A DNA stretch of 64,000 nucleotides, taken from a bacterium. Lineage in GTDB: Bacteria > SZUA-182 > DTGQ01 > JBLIRR01. The translations under genes were made by a program, and so were the position numbers. Positions 29,659 through 41,025 of this stretch are shown one piece after another (within the stretch, counting starts at the first letter, position 1; each line of letters opens with the position of its first letter). The stretch is taken from assembly GCA_049472395.1 (NCBI GenBank), contig JBLIRR010000001.1, positions 197,940-261,939 of the forward strand. The letters are read 5' to 3'. The notes under the pieces are model-generated. The model made no database searches and had not been told where the DNA came from. It saw only the letters and a list, made by a program, of their open reading frames with translations.

Positions 29659-30177
29659 ATGAAAAAAAAGCCAGAGAAAACCAATAAAAAAAATTCGTTT
29701 ATTCAAAAACTTTGCGAGCACTACAAGTGGAAAAAAGGTATGTTAATCCCGATGATGCAGGATATTCAAGAAGAATTTGGGTATCTTCCTGTCAAGGACC
29801 TCAAGGAATTATCATCAACATTGGACATTCCATTAAGTCAGATATATTCTGTGGCAACATTTTACGCAATGTTTCGCTTGGCACCACCCGGGGAACATCA
29901 GATTACCCTGTGCATGGGAACGGTTTGTTTTTTAAAAGGCGCAGGCAAAGTAGCCGAAGCCATACAAAAGGAATTTTCTTTAGAAGCTGGCGGCACAAGT
30001 CCGGACCGAAAATTCACCTTTAAACTTGTAAACTGTGTAGGAGCCTGTGCACTGGCTCCTGTTATGATAGTTGACGGGGCTTATTATGATGCAGTGACGC
30101 CAGATTCTGCTATTTCCATACTGCATGATATTGCAGAGGGCAAGACCGTTGCCAGCATGACGGCAAGTGGAGCATAA
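29659..30177 (+). CDS. NuoE-like [2Fe-2S] subunit of an NAD(P)-linked flavin oxidoreductase (HydC/HndA-like)
   Basis: Thioredoxin-like 2Fe-2S pattern CMGTVC...C...C with NuoE-like length. Confidence 0.8.
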   Translation: MKKKPEKTNKKNSFIQKLCEHYKWKKGMLIPMMQDIQEEFGYLPVKDLKELSSTLDIPLSQIYSVATFYAMFRLAPPGEHQITLCMGTVCFLKGAGKVAEAIQKEFSLEAGGTSPDRKFTFKLVNCVGACALAPVMIVDGAYYDAVTPDSAISILHDIAEGKTVASMTASGA

Positions 30178-30258
30178 ATGAACACAATAATTTTATACAT
30201 TTTACTATCATTTACGCTACTGCATAAGTAGCATTAAATCCAAGAAAAGGGGAACGCA

Positions 30259-32127
30259 TTGACTACAGCAACCACAATATTTCAAAGTGCAAAAGAGCTT
30301 AATGCCTACCGGAATGCCCTTAAAGAAAAAAGAAGTGGGAAAGAACGTAGTATAAGAGTGTGCATCGGGACAGGCTGTCAGGCTAAAGGCTCTTTAGATG
30401 TTTTAAAAATGTTTCAAAGGGCTGTGCGGGAATCCGACAAATCCGATATTCGAATTGAGACCAAATTTACAGGCTGCCATGGCCTTTGTGAGCTCGGGCC
30501 TATTGTGATTATAGATCCAGGAGAGATCATCTATCTCAGGGTACAACCGCACGATGTGGCTGAAATTTTTCGAGAAACTGTTCTCTTGGGACATATGGTG
30601 GAACGGTTTCTTTATCAAAAGGAAGCTGAAGGGGCCAGATATAAAACCCCTCACGAGATACCCTTCTATAATCTTCAAAAAAGGATTGTATTGGCGCTCA
30701 ACGGAGTAATCGATCCTACCAGTATAGATGACTATATAGCGCATGATGGGTATGAGGCCCTTGCCCAGGTACTCACTACTTACAAATCGGAAGAGATCAT
30801 TGAGATGATAGAACGCTCTCAATTACGAGGCAGAGGTGGGGGAGGATTCCTTACGGGCCGTAAATGGCGTACCTGTGTTCAGACAGGCCGCAGTCCCCGT
30901 TATGTGATCTGTAATGGTGATGAGGGTGATCCAGGCGCATTCATGGACCGTTCAATCATGGAGGGGAATCCTCATGCTGTCTTAGAAGGTATGATTATTG
31001 GAGCATATGCTATTGGGGCTCAAGAGGGCTTTATATATGTCCGTCACGAGTATCCTCTTGCGGTAAAACATCTTCAAATGGCTATTGATCAAGCCAGAGA
31101 AATAGGACTTTTGGGTGAATCCATTTTAGGCACGGATTTTAACTTTGATGTCACAATAAACCGTGGTGGTGGTGCATTTATCTGCGGAGAATCCACGGCG
31201 TTAATGGCCTCTCTCGAAGGCCGAGTCGGAGAACCCCGTGCAAAATATGTCCATACGGTAGAATATGGGCTCTATGATTGTCCGACAACCCTTAACAATG
31301 TTGAAACATGGGCAACTATACCGGCGATTGTGCGCAATGGACCTGAGTGGTTTACCTCTATTGGCACAGAACGCAGTAAAGGCACAAAGGTATTCAGCCT
31401 AGTTGGAAAAGTCAATAATACAGGACTTGTCGAAGTACCTATGGGAATGACACTCAAAGAGATTATCTATGGAATAGGCGATGGTGTAAAAGGCGGACGC
31501 CCCTTTAAAGCCGTTCAAACAGGAGGTCCTTCCGGAGGGTGTCTTCCGGAATCATTAATAAATCTGCCGGTTGATTTTGACCGCCTTACCGAAGCAGGCT
31601 CCATGATGGGTTCAGGCGGCATGATTGTGATGGATGATTCGACCTGTATGGTTAATGTGGCAAAATATTTTTTAGATTTTCTTAAACAAGAATCCTGCGG
31701 GAAATGTACTCCTTGCCGTGAAGGCATCGCACAGATGCTTCATATCCTCACGCGTTTGACAAAAGGCAAAGGAGAGGAGGGTGATATTGAAAGGCTTGAG
31801 GCCCTGGGAGAACTTTTAGCGGATGCTTCTTTATGTGCATTGGGGAAAAGTGCGGCCAACCCGGTTCTTTCCACACTTCGCTACTTCCGTGAAGAATATG
31901 AAGAGCATATCCGCAAAAAGCACTGTCCTGCACTTGAGTGTCCGGGACTATTCCGTTATGAGATTGTTGCGGAACTGTGCAAAGGATGCGGGATATGCCT
32001 TAAAAAATGTCCGATGGATGCCATTACGGGGGAGAAGAAAAAAGCACATACAATAGATCAGGAAAAATGTACTCAATGCGGGGCCTGCTTCTCAAAATGC
32101 CCCTTTACAGCAATAAAAAAAATATAA
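30259..32127 (+). CDS. NuoF-like NAD(P)H-binding FMN/[4Fe-4S] subunit with an N-terminal 2Fe-2S domain and C-terminal 2x[4Fe-4S] (HydB/HndC-like)
   Basis: GRGGGGF, GDEGDPGAF and ESCGKCTPCREG motifs plus C-terminal ferredoxin motifs. TTG start after AAAGGGGA. Confidence 0.85.
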   Translation: MTTATTIFQSAKELNAYRNALKEKRSGKERSIRVCIGTGCQAKGSLDVLKMFQRAVRESDKSDIRIETKFTGCHGLCELGPIVIIDPGEIIYLRVQPHDVAEIFRETVLLGHMVERFLYQKEAEGARYKTPHEIPFYNLQKRIVLALNGVIDPTSIDDYIAHDGYEALAQVLTTYKSEEIIEMIERSQLRGRGGGGFLTGRKWRTCVQTGRSPRYVICNGDEGDPGAFMDRSIMEGNPHAVLEGMIIGAYAIGAQEGFIYVRHEYPLAVKHLQMAIDQAREIGLLGESILGTDFNFDVTINRGGGAFICGESTALMASLEGRVGEPRAKYVHTVEYGLYDCPTTLNNVETWATIPAIVRNGPEWFTSIGTERSKGTKVFSLVGKVNNTGLVEVPMGMTLKEIIYGIGDGVKGGRPFKAVQTGGPSGGCLPESLINLPVDFDRLTEAGSMMGSGGMIVMDDSTCMVNVAKYFLDFLKQESCGKCTPCREGIAQMLHILTRLTKGKGEEGDIERLEALGELLADASLCALGKSAANPVLSTLRYFREEYEEHIRKKHCPALECPGLFRYEIVAELCKGCGICLKKCPMDAITGEKKKAHTIDQEKCTQCGACFSKCPFTAIKKI

Positions 32128-32142
32128 TGAGATGGAGAGATT

Positions 32143-32943
32143 ATGCCGACGATTATTATTGATAACAAACCTTATGAGGCAAAAACAGGCGAAACAATAT
32201 TAGAGGTCGCCATACGGGAAGGGATTTGGATACCGACATTATGTTATCATCCATCCTTGAGGGGATATGCTGCCTGCCGCCTATGCCTGGTAGAAATTGA
32301 CCGGGGGAGCTGGCGGCAAATCGTCACATCCTGCAATTACCCTATACGCAAAGATATAAAAGCCTGGGTAAATTCTGAGCGCGCCCTTAAGGCTCGCAAG
32401 GGAGTCATGGAGTTGCTCCTGGCCCGCAGTCCTGACAGCCAAGAACTCAAGACACTCGCTGAGCGAATGGGAATATATAGCACCTCATATCCGAAGGTGA
32501 CCGAATCACAAAGGAATTGTATACTATGCGGTTTATGCACACGGGTCTGCGCTGAGGTCATAGGGCAGTCAGCTATCAGCCTCTCAGGCCGCGGAGTGGA
32601 AAGAGTTGTGTCGACCCCTTTTCAATTGGCATCTGATCAATGTATTGCCTGTGGAGCATGTGCGTCCATATGCCCCGTTGGTACCATACAAATCAGAATG
32701 CATGATGAAGAGATAGAGATTTCACCTTTTAAGTCAAAGGTGCCCATGCCCCGGTGTCGTGAATGCGGCAAACATCTTGCCAGTTCCAAGGTCGGTGAAA
32801 AAGTAATGGAATTGTTATCAGATAATTACCCTGATGAGACCCTGAAATCACTTAAAGAAATAATAATGTTATGTCCTGACTGCAGACGAAAAAGATCGGC
32901 CGAGGCTCTTCCTAAAAGCTATAGCGACCTTTTATGTTGTTAA
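32143..32943 (+). CDS. NuoG/HydA N-terminal-like FeS protein (2Fe-2S plus two 4Fe-4S) lacking any catalytic domain
   Basis: N-terminal [17 protein letters not shown]...CYHP..C..C 2Fe-2S ferredoxin, followed by [11 protein letters not shown] and [12 protein letters not shown]. It is only 266 aa and ends in a Cys-rich tail (CRECG...CPDC). Confidence 0.6.
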   Translation: MPTIIIDNKPYEAKTGETILEVAIREGIWIPTLCYHPSLRGYAACRLCLVEIDRGSWRQIVTSCNYPIRKDIKAWVNSERALKARKGVMELLLARSPDSQELKTLAERMGIYSTSYPKVTESQRNCILCGLCTRVCAEVIGQSAISLSGRGVERVVSTPFQLASDQCIACGACASICPVGTIQIRMHDEEIEISPFKSKVPMPRCRECGKHLASSKVGEKVMELLSDNYPDETLKSLKEIIMLCPDCRRKRSAEALPKSYSDLLCC

Positions 32944-34151
32944 ATAAAGAATGTATGAGCGTTGTCTTTAAAACGATTCATGGCTGTTTCAATATCTGAG
33001 CGAATTCCAAAGGCTGATAGCCTGATAAATCCTTCTCCGCACGCGCCAAAGCCAACACCGGGGGTTGATACAATATTGAGCCTGGTTAAAAGGAAATCAA
33101 AAAACTCCCATGACTTCTGGCCGTGCGGTGTTTTTAGCCAGATATAAGGAGCATTTTTTCCGCCATAACAGGTAAAGCCGAGACTCGTCAGCGTGGAGAT
33201 AATTATCCGTGCATTATCCATATAATAATCGGTTAAGGCTTTGATTTGCTTTTGCCCCTCTTCTGTATAGAGGGATAACGCGGCTTTTTGTACGGGATAA
33301 GAAACGCCATTAAATTTTGTCGCCTGTCTCCTCCGCCACAAGTGATTGATCAAATGGCGACCTCCCTTTTCATCATATCCGAACAATTCCTTGGGCACAA
33401 CAGTATAGGCGCACCGCAGGCCGGTAAATCCCGCGGATTTCGAAAAGCTACGAAACTCTATGGCCACACTTTGAGCTTCTTCAATTTCAAAAATACTGTG
33501 CGGGATCTCTTCATTCCTTATATATGCTTCATACGCAGCATCAAAGAGAATTATGGCCTGATGTTCTTGTGCATACTTCACCCATTCTCTTAATACCTCT
33601 TTTGATATGGTGATACCTGTCGGATTATTAGGATAACACAAATAAATCAGATCAACTGATTGAGAAGGAAGAGAGGGAATAAAATTATTATCCTCCGTAC
33701 TTGCTAAATAATGGATATTCCGCCCTGCTATTATATTCGTATCGACATATACAGGATACACAGGATCGGAGACAGCCACTTTCGCATCAGCACTAAATAG
33801 CTCCTGAATATTGCCTGTATCGCATTTTGCCCCGTCACTTACAAATATTTCATCACGCTCAAGATTAATATTGTAAGGAGAATAATCATATTGGATAATC
33901 TTCTCTCGCAGAAAATCATATCCCTGCTCAGGACCATACCCCCTAAAGGTCTTATCATCTGCCATCTCATCGACAGCCTCATGCAGGCCCTTTATCGAAC
34001 ATTCTGGCAAGGCCTTTACTACATCCCCAATTCCCAGTTTTATTATATCTGCGGAGGGATTGGATTTTTTATATTCCATAACACGCGTTGCAATTTCCGA
34101 AAACAGATAATTATCTTTGAGCTTTAGATAATTATTATTTATAATCACCAT
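32940..34151 (-). CDS. dapL: LL-diaminopimelate aminotransferase (class I/II aminotransferase)
   Basis: N-terminal NYLF.EI...IKLGIGDV pattern typical of DapL and a PLP-lysine region [12 protein letters not shown]. Its stop codon overlaps the stop of the convergent upstream gene (TTAA). Confidence 0.65.
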   Translation of the reverse strand: MVIINNNYLKLKDNYLFSEIATRVMEYKKSNPSADIIKLGIGDVVKALPECSIKGLHEAVDEMADDKTFRGYGPEQGYDFLREKIIQYDYSPYNINLERDEIFVSDGAKCDTGNIQELFSADAKVAVSDPVYPVYVDTNIIAGRNIHYLASTEDNNFIPSLPSQSVDLIYLCYPNNPTGITISKEVLREWVKYAQEHQAIILFDAAYEAYIRNEEIPHSIFEIEEAQSVAIEFRSFSKSAGFTGLRCAYTVVPKELFGYDEKGGRHLINHLWRRRQATKFNGVSYPVQKAALSLYTEEGQKQIKALTDYYMDNARIIISTLTSLGFTCYGGKNAPYIWLKTPHGQKSWEFFDFLLTRLNIVSTPGVGFGACGEGFIRLSAFGIRSDIETAMNRFKDNAHTFFI

Positions 34152-34240
34152 AGTTTACAATTCCTTTTATCAAATAGTCGCTTTTAATATCATTACCCTT
34201 GATTATCCAAAGAATCTTAGCTCACTTATACAATAAAACT

Positions 34241-34264
34241 GCCCCGGGGAAAACGCCCCGGGGC
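34241..34264 (-). terminator. intrinsic terminator candidate downstream of fhs
   Basis: GCCCCGGGG-aaaac-GCCCCGGGGC perfect hairpin. On the minus strand it is followed by AGTTTTATTG. Confidence 0.45.
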
Positions 34265-34299
34265 ATATAGTACTCACACAGGTTAAGCCTTAAACGCTA

Positions 34300-36063
34300 T
34301 TAAAACAGCCCCTTCACTTTACCAGTATTTACATCCACATCAATTCGTCGAAAGGCGGGGTCAGACGCCGTACCAGGCATTAATTTAATAGAGCCTGCCA
34401 AAGGTACTAAAAATCCAGCTCCCTTATACGTCAGGATATCACGAATCGGCAATGTCCATCCTTTCGGCCTTCCTTTGATATCAGGGTCATGACTTAAACT
34501 GAGGTGCGTTTTCACCATACAGATACCAAGCTTTGATCCCTCAGGGTCTTTGCTGATATTATCCAGTTTCTCAAGTGCTGCCGGTGCAAAGTGCACTCCA
34601 TCTGCCCCATACACCTCTTTTGCAATAAGCTCTATTCTCTCTTTCATCGGGGTAGTGTCTTCATAGAGGAATTTAAATTCATTTCCCGCATCACAGGCAT
34701 CAATTACCGCATCAGCAAATTCCAAAGCCCCATCTCCGCCTTTTAGCCAATGAGAAGACACTGCTGCTTTGGCACCTGCTCCCTCCGCAGCTTTTCTTAC
34801 AATACCTATCTCTGCGTCCGTATCAGTGTAAAAACTATTAATACATACAACCGGATTAATCCCTGCTTTCTTAACCGTCTCTATATGAGCAATGAGATTT
34901 TCGCACCCTTTCTCTACCAATGCGCAATTCTCACTCGTATATGCCGCGGCAAGAGGCGCTCCCGGCCTCACTGCAGGCCCGCCTCCGTGCATCTTTAACG
35001 CGCGAACCGTCGCGACAATTACTGCGCAATGAGGTTTAAGAGCGCTAAAACGACATTTAAGATTCCAAAATTTCTCAAAACCTATATCAGCCCCAAATCC
35101 GCTTTCTGTTACATGATAATCCGAAAGCTTCAATCCTACCTGATCCGCAATAATAGATGATTGTCCTATAGCAATATTTGCAAATGGCCCTGCATGTACC
35201 ATCACAGGCTGGCCCTCAATAGACTGAAGCAGATTCGGATTTAGGGCTTGCACCATCCATGCCGTCATTGCCCCGTCAACCTCAAGATCTTTGGTGGTTA
35301 TGGGATCACCCGATTTGCTGTAAGCCACAATAATTTTGCCCATTCTTTCTCTCATATCCTTAAGGCTTGTTGAGACAGAAAGGATAGCCATAATCTCAGA
35401 GCTCACCGTAATGGCAAATCCTGAATTCATCATAAATCCATCCATTTTCCCGCCTTGTCCAATGGTAATATCTCTCAGGGATTGCGCGCAAAAATCCATT
35501 ACCCATCTCATCTCGACATTTCTCGGGTCAATATTGAGCCGCTTCAGATTCCTCTTGGCAAGGGCGGCATCGTTATAATTAAATTCATGCTGAAGACGTG
35601 AGGTGAGAGCCACCATTGCAAGATTATGAGCATTTGTTATCTTATCTATATCTCCGGTAAGCCCCAAAGAAAATGGTGTAAGAGGGATACACTGGGCAAG
35701 GCCTCCCCCTGCAGCACTTCCTTTAATATTAAATGTCGGGCCCCCGGAAGGCTGGCGAATCGCTCCTGTGACATTTTTCCCCCTTTTTCCAAGCCCCTGC
35801 ACCAAGCCCATGGAGCTTGTGCTTTTCCCCTCCCCCAATGGGGTAGGAGTAATGGCCGTCACATCAATATATTTACCTTGTGGCCTGTCTTTCAGCCGAT
35901 CTAATACTTTGATAAAATCAATCTTTCCAAGATAATGACCCATCGGAATAAGCTCATCAGAAGTAAGCCCCAGTTCCTCTGCCAATTGGTTCACTGTCTT
36001 CATACTCTTTTCTGCATCTTCTGCAATTTCCCAATCTGCGTGTTTGGTTGGATCTAATGCCAT
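34300..36063 (-). CDS. fhs: formate--tetrahydrofolate ligase
   Basis: 587 aa with P-loop-like [13 protein letters not shown] and the overall FTHFS pattern. Confidence 0.9.
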   Translation of the reverse strand: MALDPTKHADWEIAEDAEKSMKTVNQLAEELGLTSDELIPMGHYLGKIDFIKVLDRLKDRPQGKYIDVTAITPTPLGEGKSTSSMGLVQGLGKRGKNVTGAIRQPSGGPTFNIKGSAAGGGLAQCIPLTPFSLGLTGDIDKITNAHNLAMVALTSRLQHEFNYNDAALAKRNLKRLNIDPRNVEMRWVMDFCAQSLRDITIGQGGKMDGFMMNSGFAITVSSEIMAILSVSTSLKDMRERMGKIIVAYSKSGDPITTKDLEVDGAMTAWMVQALNPNLLQSIEGQPVMVHAGPFANIAIGQSSIIADQVGLKLSDYHVTESGFGADIGFEKFWNLKCRFSALKPHCAVIVATVRALKMHGGGPAVRPGAPLAAAYTSENCALVEKGCENLIAHIETVKKAGINPVVCINSFYTDTDAEIGIVRKAAEGAGAKAAVSSHWLKGGDGALEFADAVIDACDAGNEFKFLYEDTTPMKERIELIAKEVYGADGVHFAPAALEKLDNISKDPEGSKLGICMVKTHLSLSHDPDIKGRPKGWTLPIRDILTYKGAGFLVPLAGSIKLMPGTASDPAFRRIDVDVNTGKVKGLF

Positions 36064-36189
36064 TACTTTTTCCCTCCTTCTTTATTTATGTGTATCCACC
36101 TTAAGTTATTATCGAACCACAATTCCTTTTGATATCTTTGAAATGAGTGGTCCCACTATATCGATCACTCTTTTAAGAACAGGTATGTA

Positions 36190-36669
36190 TTATTTCCAGA
36201 TATAATTTAAAAGCTCTGCAAACTTATCATTCATATCGCGGAGCAAAGAACTCATGGTAAGGGCCACCTTTTTCATGATTTTATACCCGCAAAGGGGATT
36301 GTCCTCAACCAGTTTGTCAAACTTCTCCCGCTCTATCACTATTAATTTCGTTGGATTAATAACCTCAGCTGTTGCAGAATGGCTCCTTCTGTCAAAAAAA
36401 GAAAGCTCCCCAAAAAAATCTTCCTTTTCCAATAAGGCGAGGGTTTGTCGCTCTCCGTTTGAGAGAATCCGGCTGATTCTTACTTTGCCATTATAGATGA
36501 TAAAGAACTTATCCCCCTGCTCATGTTCTTTAAAGATTATTGTCCCCGCTTCATACTCTTTTAATTCTGAAATTGAGGCAATCTGAGATAATTCTTCATC
36601 AAAGAAATTATAAAAAAATGTTAATTGCCGCAATATATCTTTTTCCATTTTTTTGTTATTCTCCTTCAT
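36190..36669 (-). CDS. standalone cyclic-nucleotide-binding (cNMP/CAP-family) domain protein with no DNA-binding domain
   Basis: IIFKEHEQGDKFFIIYNGKVRI...FFGELSFF matches the CAP-type cNMP-binding fold. At 159 aa it has no HTH. It overlaps the fdhA stop by 14 nt. Confidence 0.65.
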   Translation of the reverse strand: MKENNKKMEKDILRQLTFFYNFFDEELSQIASISELKEYEAGTIIFKEHEQGDKFFIIYNGKVRISRILSNGERQTLALLEKEDFFGELSFFDRRSHSATAEVINPTKLIVIEREKFDKLVEDNPLCGYKIMKKVALTMSSLLRDMNDKFAELLNYIWK

Positions 36670-39322
36670 TAATTTTTTCTATATTTATAGCGCACACTTT
36701 ATATTCAGGGATCTTGGATACAGGATCTCGTGCGGAATTGGTTAAAAGATTTGCCGCTGCTTCATGGAAATGGAAGGGAATAAAAACCACCCCACGCGCA
36801 ACCCGAGGAGAAACTTTCGCTTTGAGCGTTATCTGTCCCCTGCGGGAGACTGCCTTCACCATCTGCCCATTTTGTATATCCAAAGAGGACGCATCATAAT
36901 CAGAAATCTCCATATAGGGCTCGCCACAGATTTCATCCAGTCCGGATTTACGCGTCATAGTTCCTGTATGGAAATGAAACAACATTCTCCCTGTGGTTAA
37001 AATAAAAGGATAGGATGCATCTCTTTCTTCTGCCGACGGTATATACTCAACAGGTATAATATTCTTTTTGCCCGCTGTATGGAGAATCGGCACTCCCGGA
37101 TCATTTTCACTTGTGCAGGGCCATTGCAGTCCGCCCTTCTCCAAGCGGTCATAACTTATGCCGGCATAAATCGGTGTCACTGAAGCGATTTCTTTCATAA
37201 TCTGGGAGGGGTGGGAATAGTCCATAGGATAGCCCATTTCAGTTGAAATATCACAGATTATCTGCCAATCCGGTTTTGCCTGGCCGGGGGAGGGAAGAGC
37301 CTTACGGACTAATTGGACGCGTCTTTCGGTATTGGTAAATGTACCATCCTTCTCAGCATAACTGGCAGCAGGCAATACAATATCTGCACGCTGGGCTGTT
37401 TCGGTTAAAAATATATCCTGCACCACAAAAAATTCCAATTTCTTGAGTATTTTCTCAAGATGCCCAATATCAGGATCTGAAAGCATGGGATTCTCTCCCA
37501 TAATAAAAAGGGCCTTGATCTCACCCCGGTCTATTGCCTCCATCATCTCCATAACCGTGAGCCCTGGTTTTGTTGAAAGAGTGCTTTTCCACGCATTTTG
37601 GAATTTTTGTGCCACTTCTATATCGCTCACCGCCTGATAACCCGGATATACATTCGGGAGGCAGCCCATATCGCAGGCTCCCTGAACATTATTTTGGCCA
37701 CGAAGCGGATTAACACCACTTCCCGGTTTTCCGAGATTCCCTGTTATTAAAGCAAGATCCGCCACGGCTTTCACATTATCCGTCCCTGTTATATGCTGTG
37801 TAATGCCCATTGTATAAAATATGGCAGCAGATTCTGCCTGAGCATACATTCGTGCTGCCTCACGTATCTGATTAGCCGGAACCCCTGTAGTGGATTCAAC
37901 ATAGTCTGGCGTATATTTTTTTAATGTTTCCTTAAGCTCCTTAAAACCCGTGGTGCGTTCCTTAATAAATTTTTTATCTTCCAAGCCTTCCTCGACAATC
38001 ACATGCATTATACCATTAAGCATCGCCACGTCTGTTCCGGGAATCTGACGAAGATAAATAGTTGCCCATCTGGCCAGATCTATTCTTCGAGGGTCGACTA
38101 TTATAAGCTTCGCGCCCTTTTTCCTTACGGCCTCCTTTATCTTAAGCCCGATTATCGGATGTGCCTCTGTCGTATTAGAACCAATAACAAGGATTACGTT
38201 CGCATCGACAATATCGGCAATGGAATTTGTCATTGCTCCGCTCCCCAATGTTGCGACCAGACCGGCCACTGTCGGAGCGTGTCAGAGCCGTGCACAATGA
38301 TCGACATTATTTGTGCCGATAACCGCCCTCATCCATTTCTGAAAAAGATAGTTTTCTTCATTGGTACATTTTGCCGAACTTAATCCTGCTATGGCATCTG
38401 CTCCATATTTATCCTTTATCTCGACGAGCCTTTCAGCGATCCTCATATACGCTTCATTCCACTCCATCGGGTCAAATCCCTTATAGGATTTACCAAGAGG
38501 AGTGGTTAGCCGCCTCTTGGAGGAAATAAACTCATACCCGAATCTCCCCTTACTGCAGAGATACCCTTCATTGACTGACTCCTCAGGGGAGGTAATCCGA
38601 ACAATCTCATCATCTTTTAACTGAAGTGCTAATTGGCACCCGCACCCACAATAGGGACACGTCGTTACAACTTCTTTTAATTGCCATGTTCTTCCCTTAT
38701 ATTTGGCAAGCTTCGAAGATAACGCACCCGTTGGGCACACGGCAACACATTGACCGCAAAATTCACAATCAAGAGGCTGATTAAACGCGGTTCCTATCCT
38801 TGTCGTAAAGCCTCTTTCTATAAAATCAATACCGCCTACTCCCTGGACCTCATCACATATACGAACGCATCGTCCGCATAAAATACATTTACCATGATCT
38901 CTCAGTATAAAAGGGTTAGTATCATCTACCGGATACTTATTCCTCTCTCCCTGAAATTTGTAGATATCAACCCTATATTCATAAGCGAGATCCTGAAGCT
39001 CGCATGATCCGCTCTGGTCACAGACAATAGACTCAAAAGAATGATCTGAGAGAATAAGTTCCAAGTTGGTCTTTCGAGCTGCCATTATTCGTTCGGATGT
39101 CGTATGGATTACCATATTTTCAGCTATCGGAGTAGCGCACGCCGGGACCAGCTTTGGAATTCTCTCCACTTCAACAAGACAAATTCTGCATGCTCCAAAA
39201 GGAGCAAGATGGCGATAATGACAGAGCGTTGGAATTCTAATGTTATTTTCCTGACATACCTCAAGAATCGTGGCGCCAAGTTCAGCATATACACGTTTCC
39301 CATCAATGTTTAATGTAATCAT
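36656..39322 (-). CDS. fdhA: formate dehydrogenase catalytic subunit (NuoG-like N-terminal FeS domains plus molybdopterin domain), a selenoprotein with an in-frame UGA at 38282-38284
   Basis: Track ORFs 38282..39322 and 36656..38269 are in the same frame and are separated only by TGA. The local sequence [30 protein letters not shown] is the canonical FDH selenocysteine motif. selB is present in the window. Confidence 0.85.
38230..38281 (-). other. SECIS-like stem-loop immediately 3' of the fdhA UGA codon
   Basis: mRNA CAC-GCUCCG-ACAGUGGCCGGUCUGGUCGCAACAUUGGGGA-CGGAGC. The 6-bp stem GCUCCG/CGGAGC starts 3 nt after UGA, and the apical region contains GGUCUG as in the E. coli fdhF SECIS. Confidence 0.45.
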
Positions 39323-41013
39323 TGCCTCTTTCTCTCGACTTTATTCTGTTCTGCCTGTTCGTTAATAGAATCCTCATATTCTTTTCTAAAATACCTTATG
39401 GTGGAAAGTACCGGATTGGGGGCTGTTTGACCAAGCCCACAGAGGGCTGTGTCCTTAATATGGGTTGAAAGCTGAAGAAGAGTATCAATATCAGATAATT
39501 TTCCCTCTCCGGCAATAATACGATTTAAAATCTCGAGCATTCTTTTTGTTCCTATTCTGCACGGAACACATTTTCCACATGATTCACTCTGTATAAAATC
39601 CAAAAAATAGCGTGCAATATCCACCATGCTCGTCTTATCATCCATGACAATCATCCCGCCAGATCCCATAATAGCTCCGATACTTACCAGAGAATCATAA
39701 TCAATTGGCACGTCAAGATGCTCGGCAGGCACACATCCTCCGGAGGGGCCACCAAGCTGAACGGCCTTAAAGGTTCGGCCTCGCGGAACGCCTCCTCCAA
39801 TATCATACACAACTTTTCGGATAGGAGTTCCTAATGCAACCTCCACCAAACCTGTATTCTTAATCTTTCCCGCAAGGGCAAATACTTTGGTCCCCCTATT
39901 GTTCTCTGTTCCTATACTCGCGTATCGCTTTGCCCCTTCCCTTATAATTATAGGCACATTGGCAAATGTCTCTACATTGTTGATATTCGTTGGCTTTCCC
40001 CATACTCCCTTGTGAGCGGGAAAGGGTGGACGAGGCCTTGGCATCCCTCGTTTACCCTCAATTGAGGCTATGAGTGCTGTTTCCTCTCCACACACAAATG
40101 CCCCGGCGCCTTCCTTGATAATTAAATCAAAATTAAAATCAGCCCCCAATATACGCTCCCCGAGTAATCCCCATTCCTTGAGTGTTGAGAGAGCACTCTT
40201 TAAATGTTTTATCGCGATCGGATACTCAGCTCTCACATATACATATCCATGCTCAGCACCAATGGCATAGGCTGCAATTAACATCCCCTCAATAACTGCA
40301 TAAGGATCACCCTCTAAAATGGCACGATCCATAAAGGCGCCGGGGTCTCCCTCATCTGCATTACAAATGATGTATTTAGGCCAATTATTTGATTGACGGC
40401 AAAATTGCCATTTAAAGCCGGTGGGGAATCCTCCCCCTCCCCTGCCCCTTAGCTCTGATGCTTTTATGATTTCAATGACTTGTTCCGGAGTATATTCACG
40501 AATTACCTTGGCAAGAGCGGAAAATCCATCTTCACGCAAATAATGTGTAATATCAGTGGGATTAATCCGGCCACAATTTTTAAGGACTAATTTTGTTTGA
40601 TGCTTATAAAACGGGATGTCCTGTAAATATGGATATTCTTTCTTTTCTTTACTGTCCTGATAGACTAAGCGGGATATAATTTTCCTGTTCAACACGGTCT
40701 CATCAATAATCGTGGGCACATTATCAGGTTGAACCTTCTGATAAAATATTTCCTTATCAAGCTCAATAGCTATTACCGGCGCCTGAGAACAGAAGCCAAA
40801 ACATCCTGTCTCTATAAGAGATACTTTTTCCGTAAGATTTCGGGATTGAAGCTCTTCTACAAACCTGTCACGTACTTCCTGCGCACCATATGCAAGGCAT
40901 CCTGTCATACAAATTCTGATAGTAATTTTATTGGGGTCGATCGCCTTCTTGAGCTCTGCAACCTTTTCATCAAACCCCTCTAATGAGTTTATTTTATTTT
41001 TCATACAGATCAC
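39319..41013 (-). CDS. NuoF-like NAD(P)H-binding FMN/[4Fe-4S] subunit of the NAD-dependent formate dehydrogenase
   Basis: GRGGGGFPTG, GDEGDPGAF and SESCGKCVPCRIG motifs with an N-terminal thioredoxin-like 2Fe-2S domain. It overlaps the fdhA start. Confidence 0.85.
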   Translation of the reverse strand: MICMKNKINSLEGFDEKVAELKKAIDPNKITIRICMTGCLAYGAQEVRDRFVEELQSRNLTEKVSLIETGCFGFCSQAPVIAIELDKEIFYQKVQPDNVPTIIDETVLNRKIISRLVYQDSKEKKEYPYLQDIPFYKHQTKLVLKNCGRINPTDITHYLREDGFSALAKVIREYTPEQVIEIIKASELRGRGGGGFPTGFKWQFCRQSNNWPKYIICNADEGDPGAFMDRAILEGDPYAVIEGMLIAAYAIGAEHGYVYVRAEYPIAIKHLKSALSTLKEWGLLGERILGADFNFDLIIKEGAGAFVCGEETALIASIEGKRGMPRPRPPFPAHKGVWGKPTNINNVETFANVPIIIREGAKRYASIGTENNRGTKVFALAGKIKNTGLVEVALGTPIRKVVYDIGGGVPRGRTFKAVQLGGPSGGCVPAEHLDVPIDYDSLVSIGAIMGSGGMIVMDDKTSMVDIARYFLDFIQSESCGKCVPCRIGTKRMLEILNRIIAGEGKLSDIDTLLQLSTHIKDTALCGLGQTAPNPVLSTIRYFRKEYEDSINEQAEQNKVERKRQ

Positions 41014-41025
41014 TTTTTATGTGGA

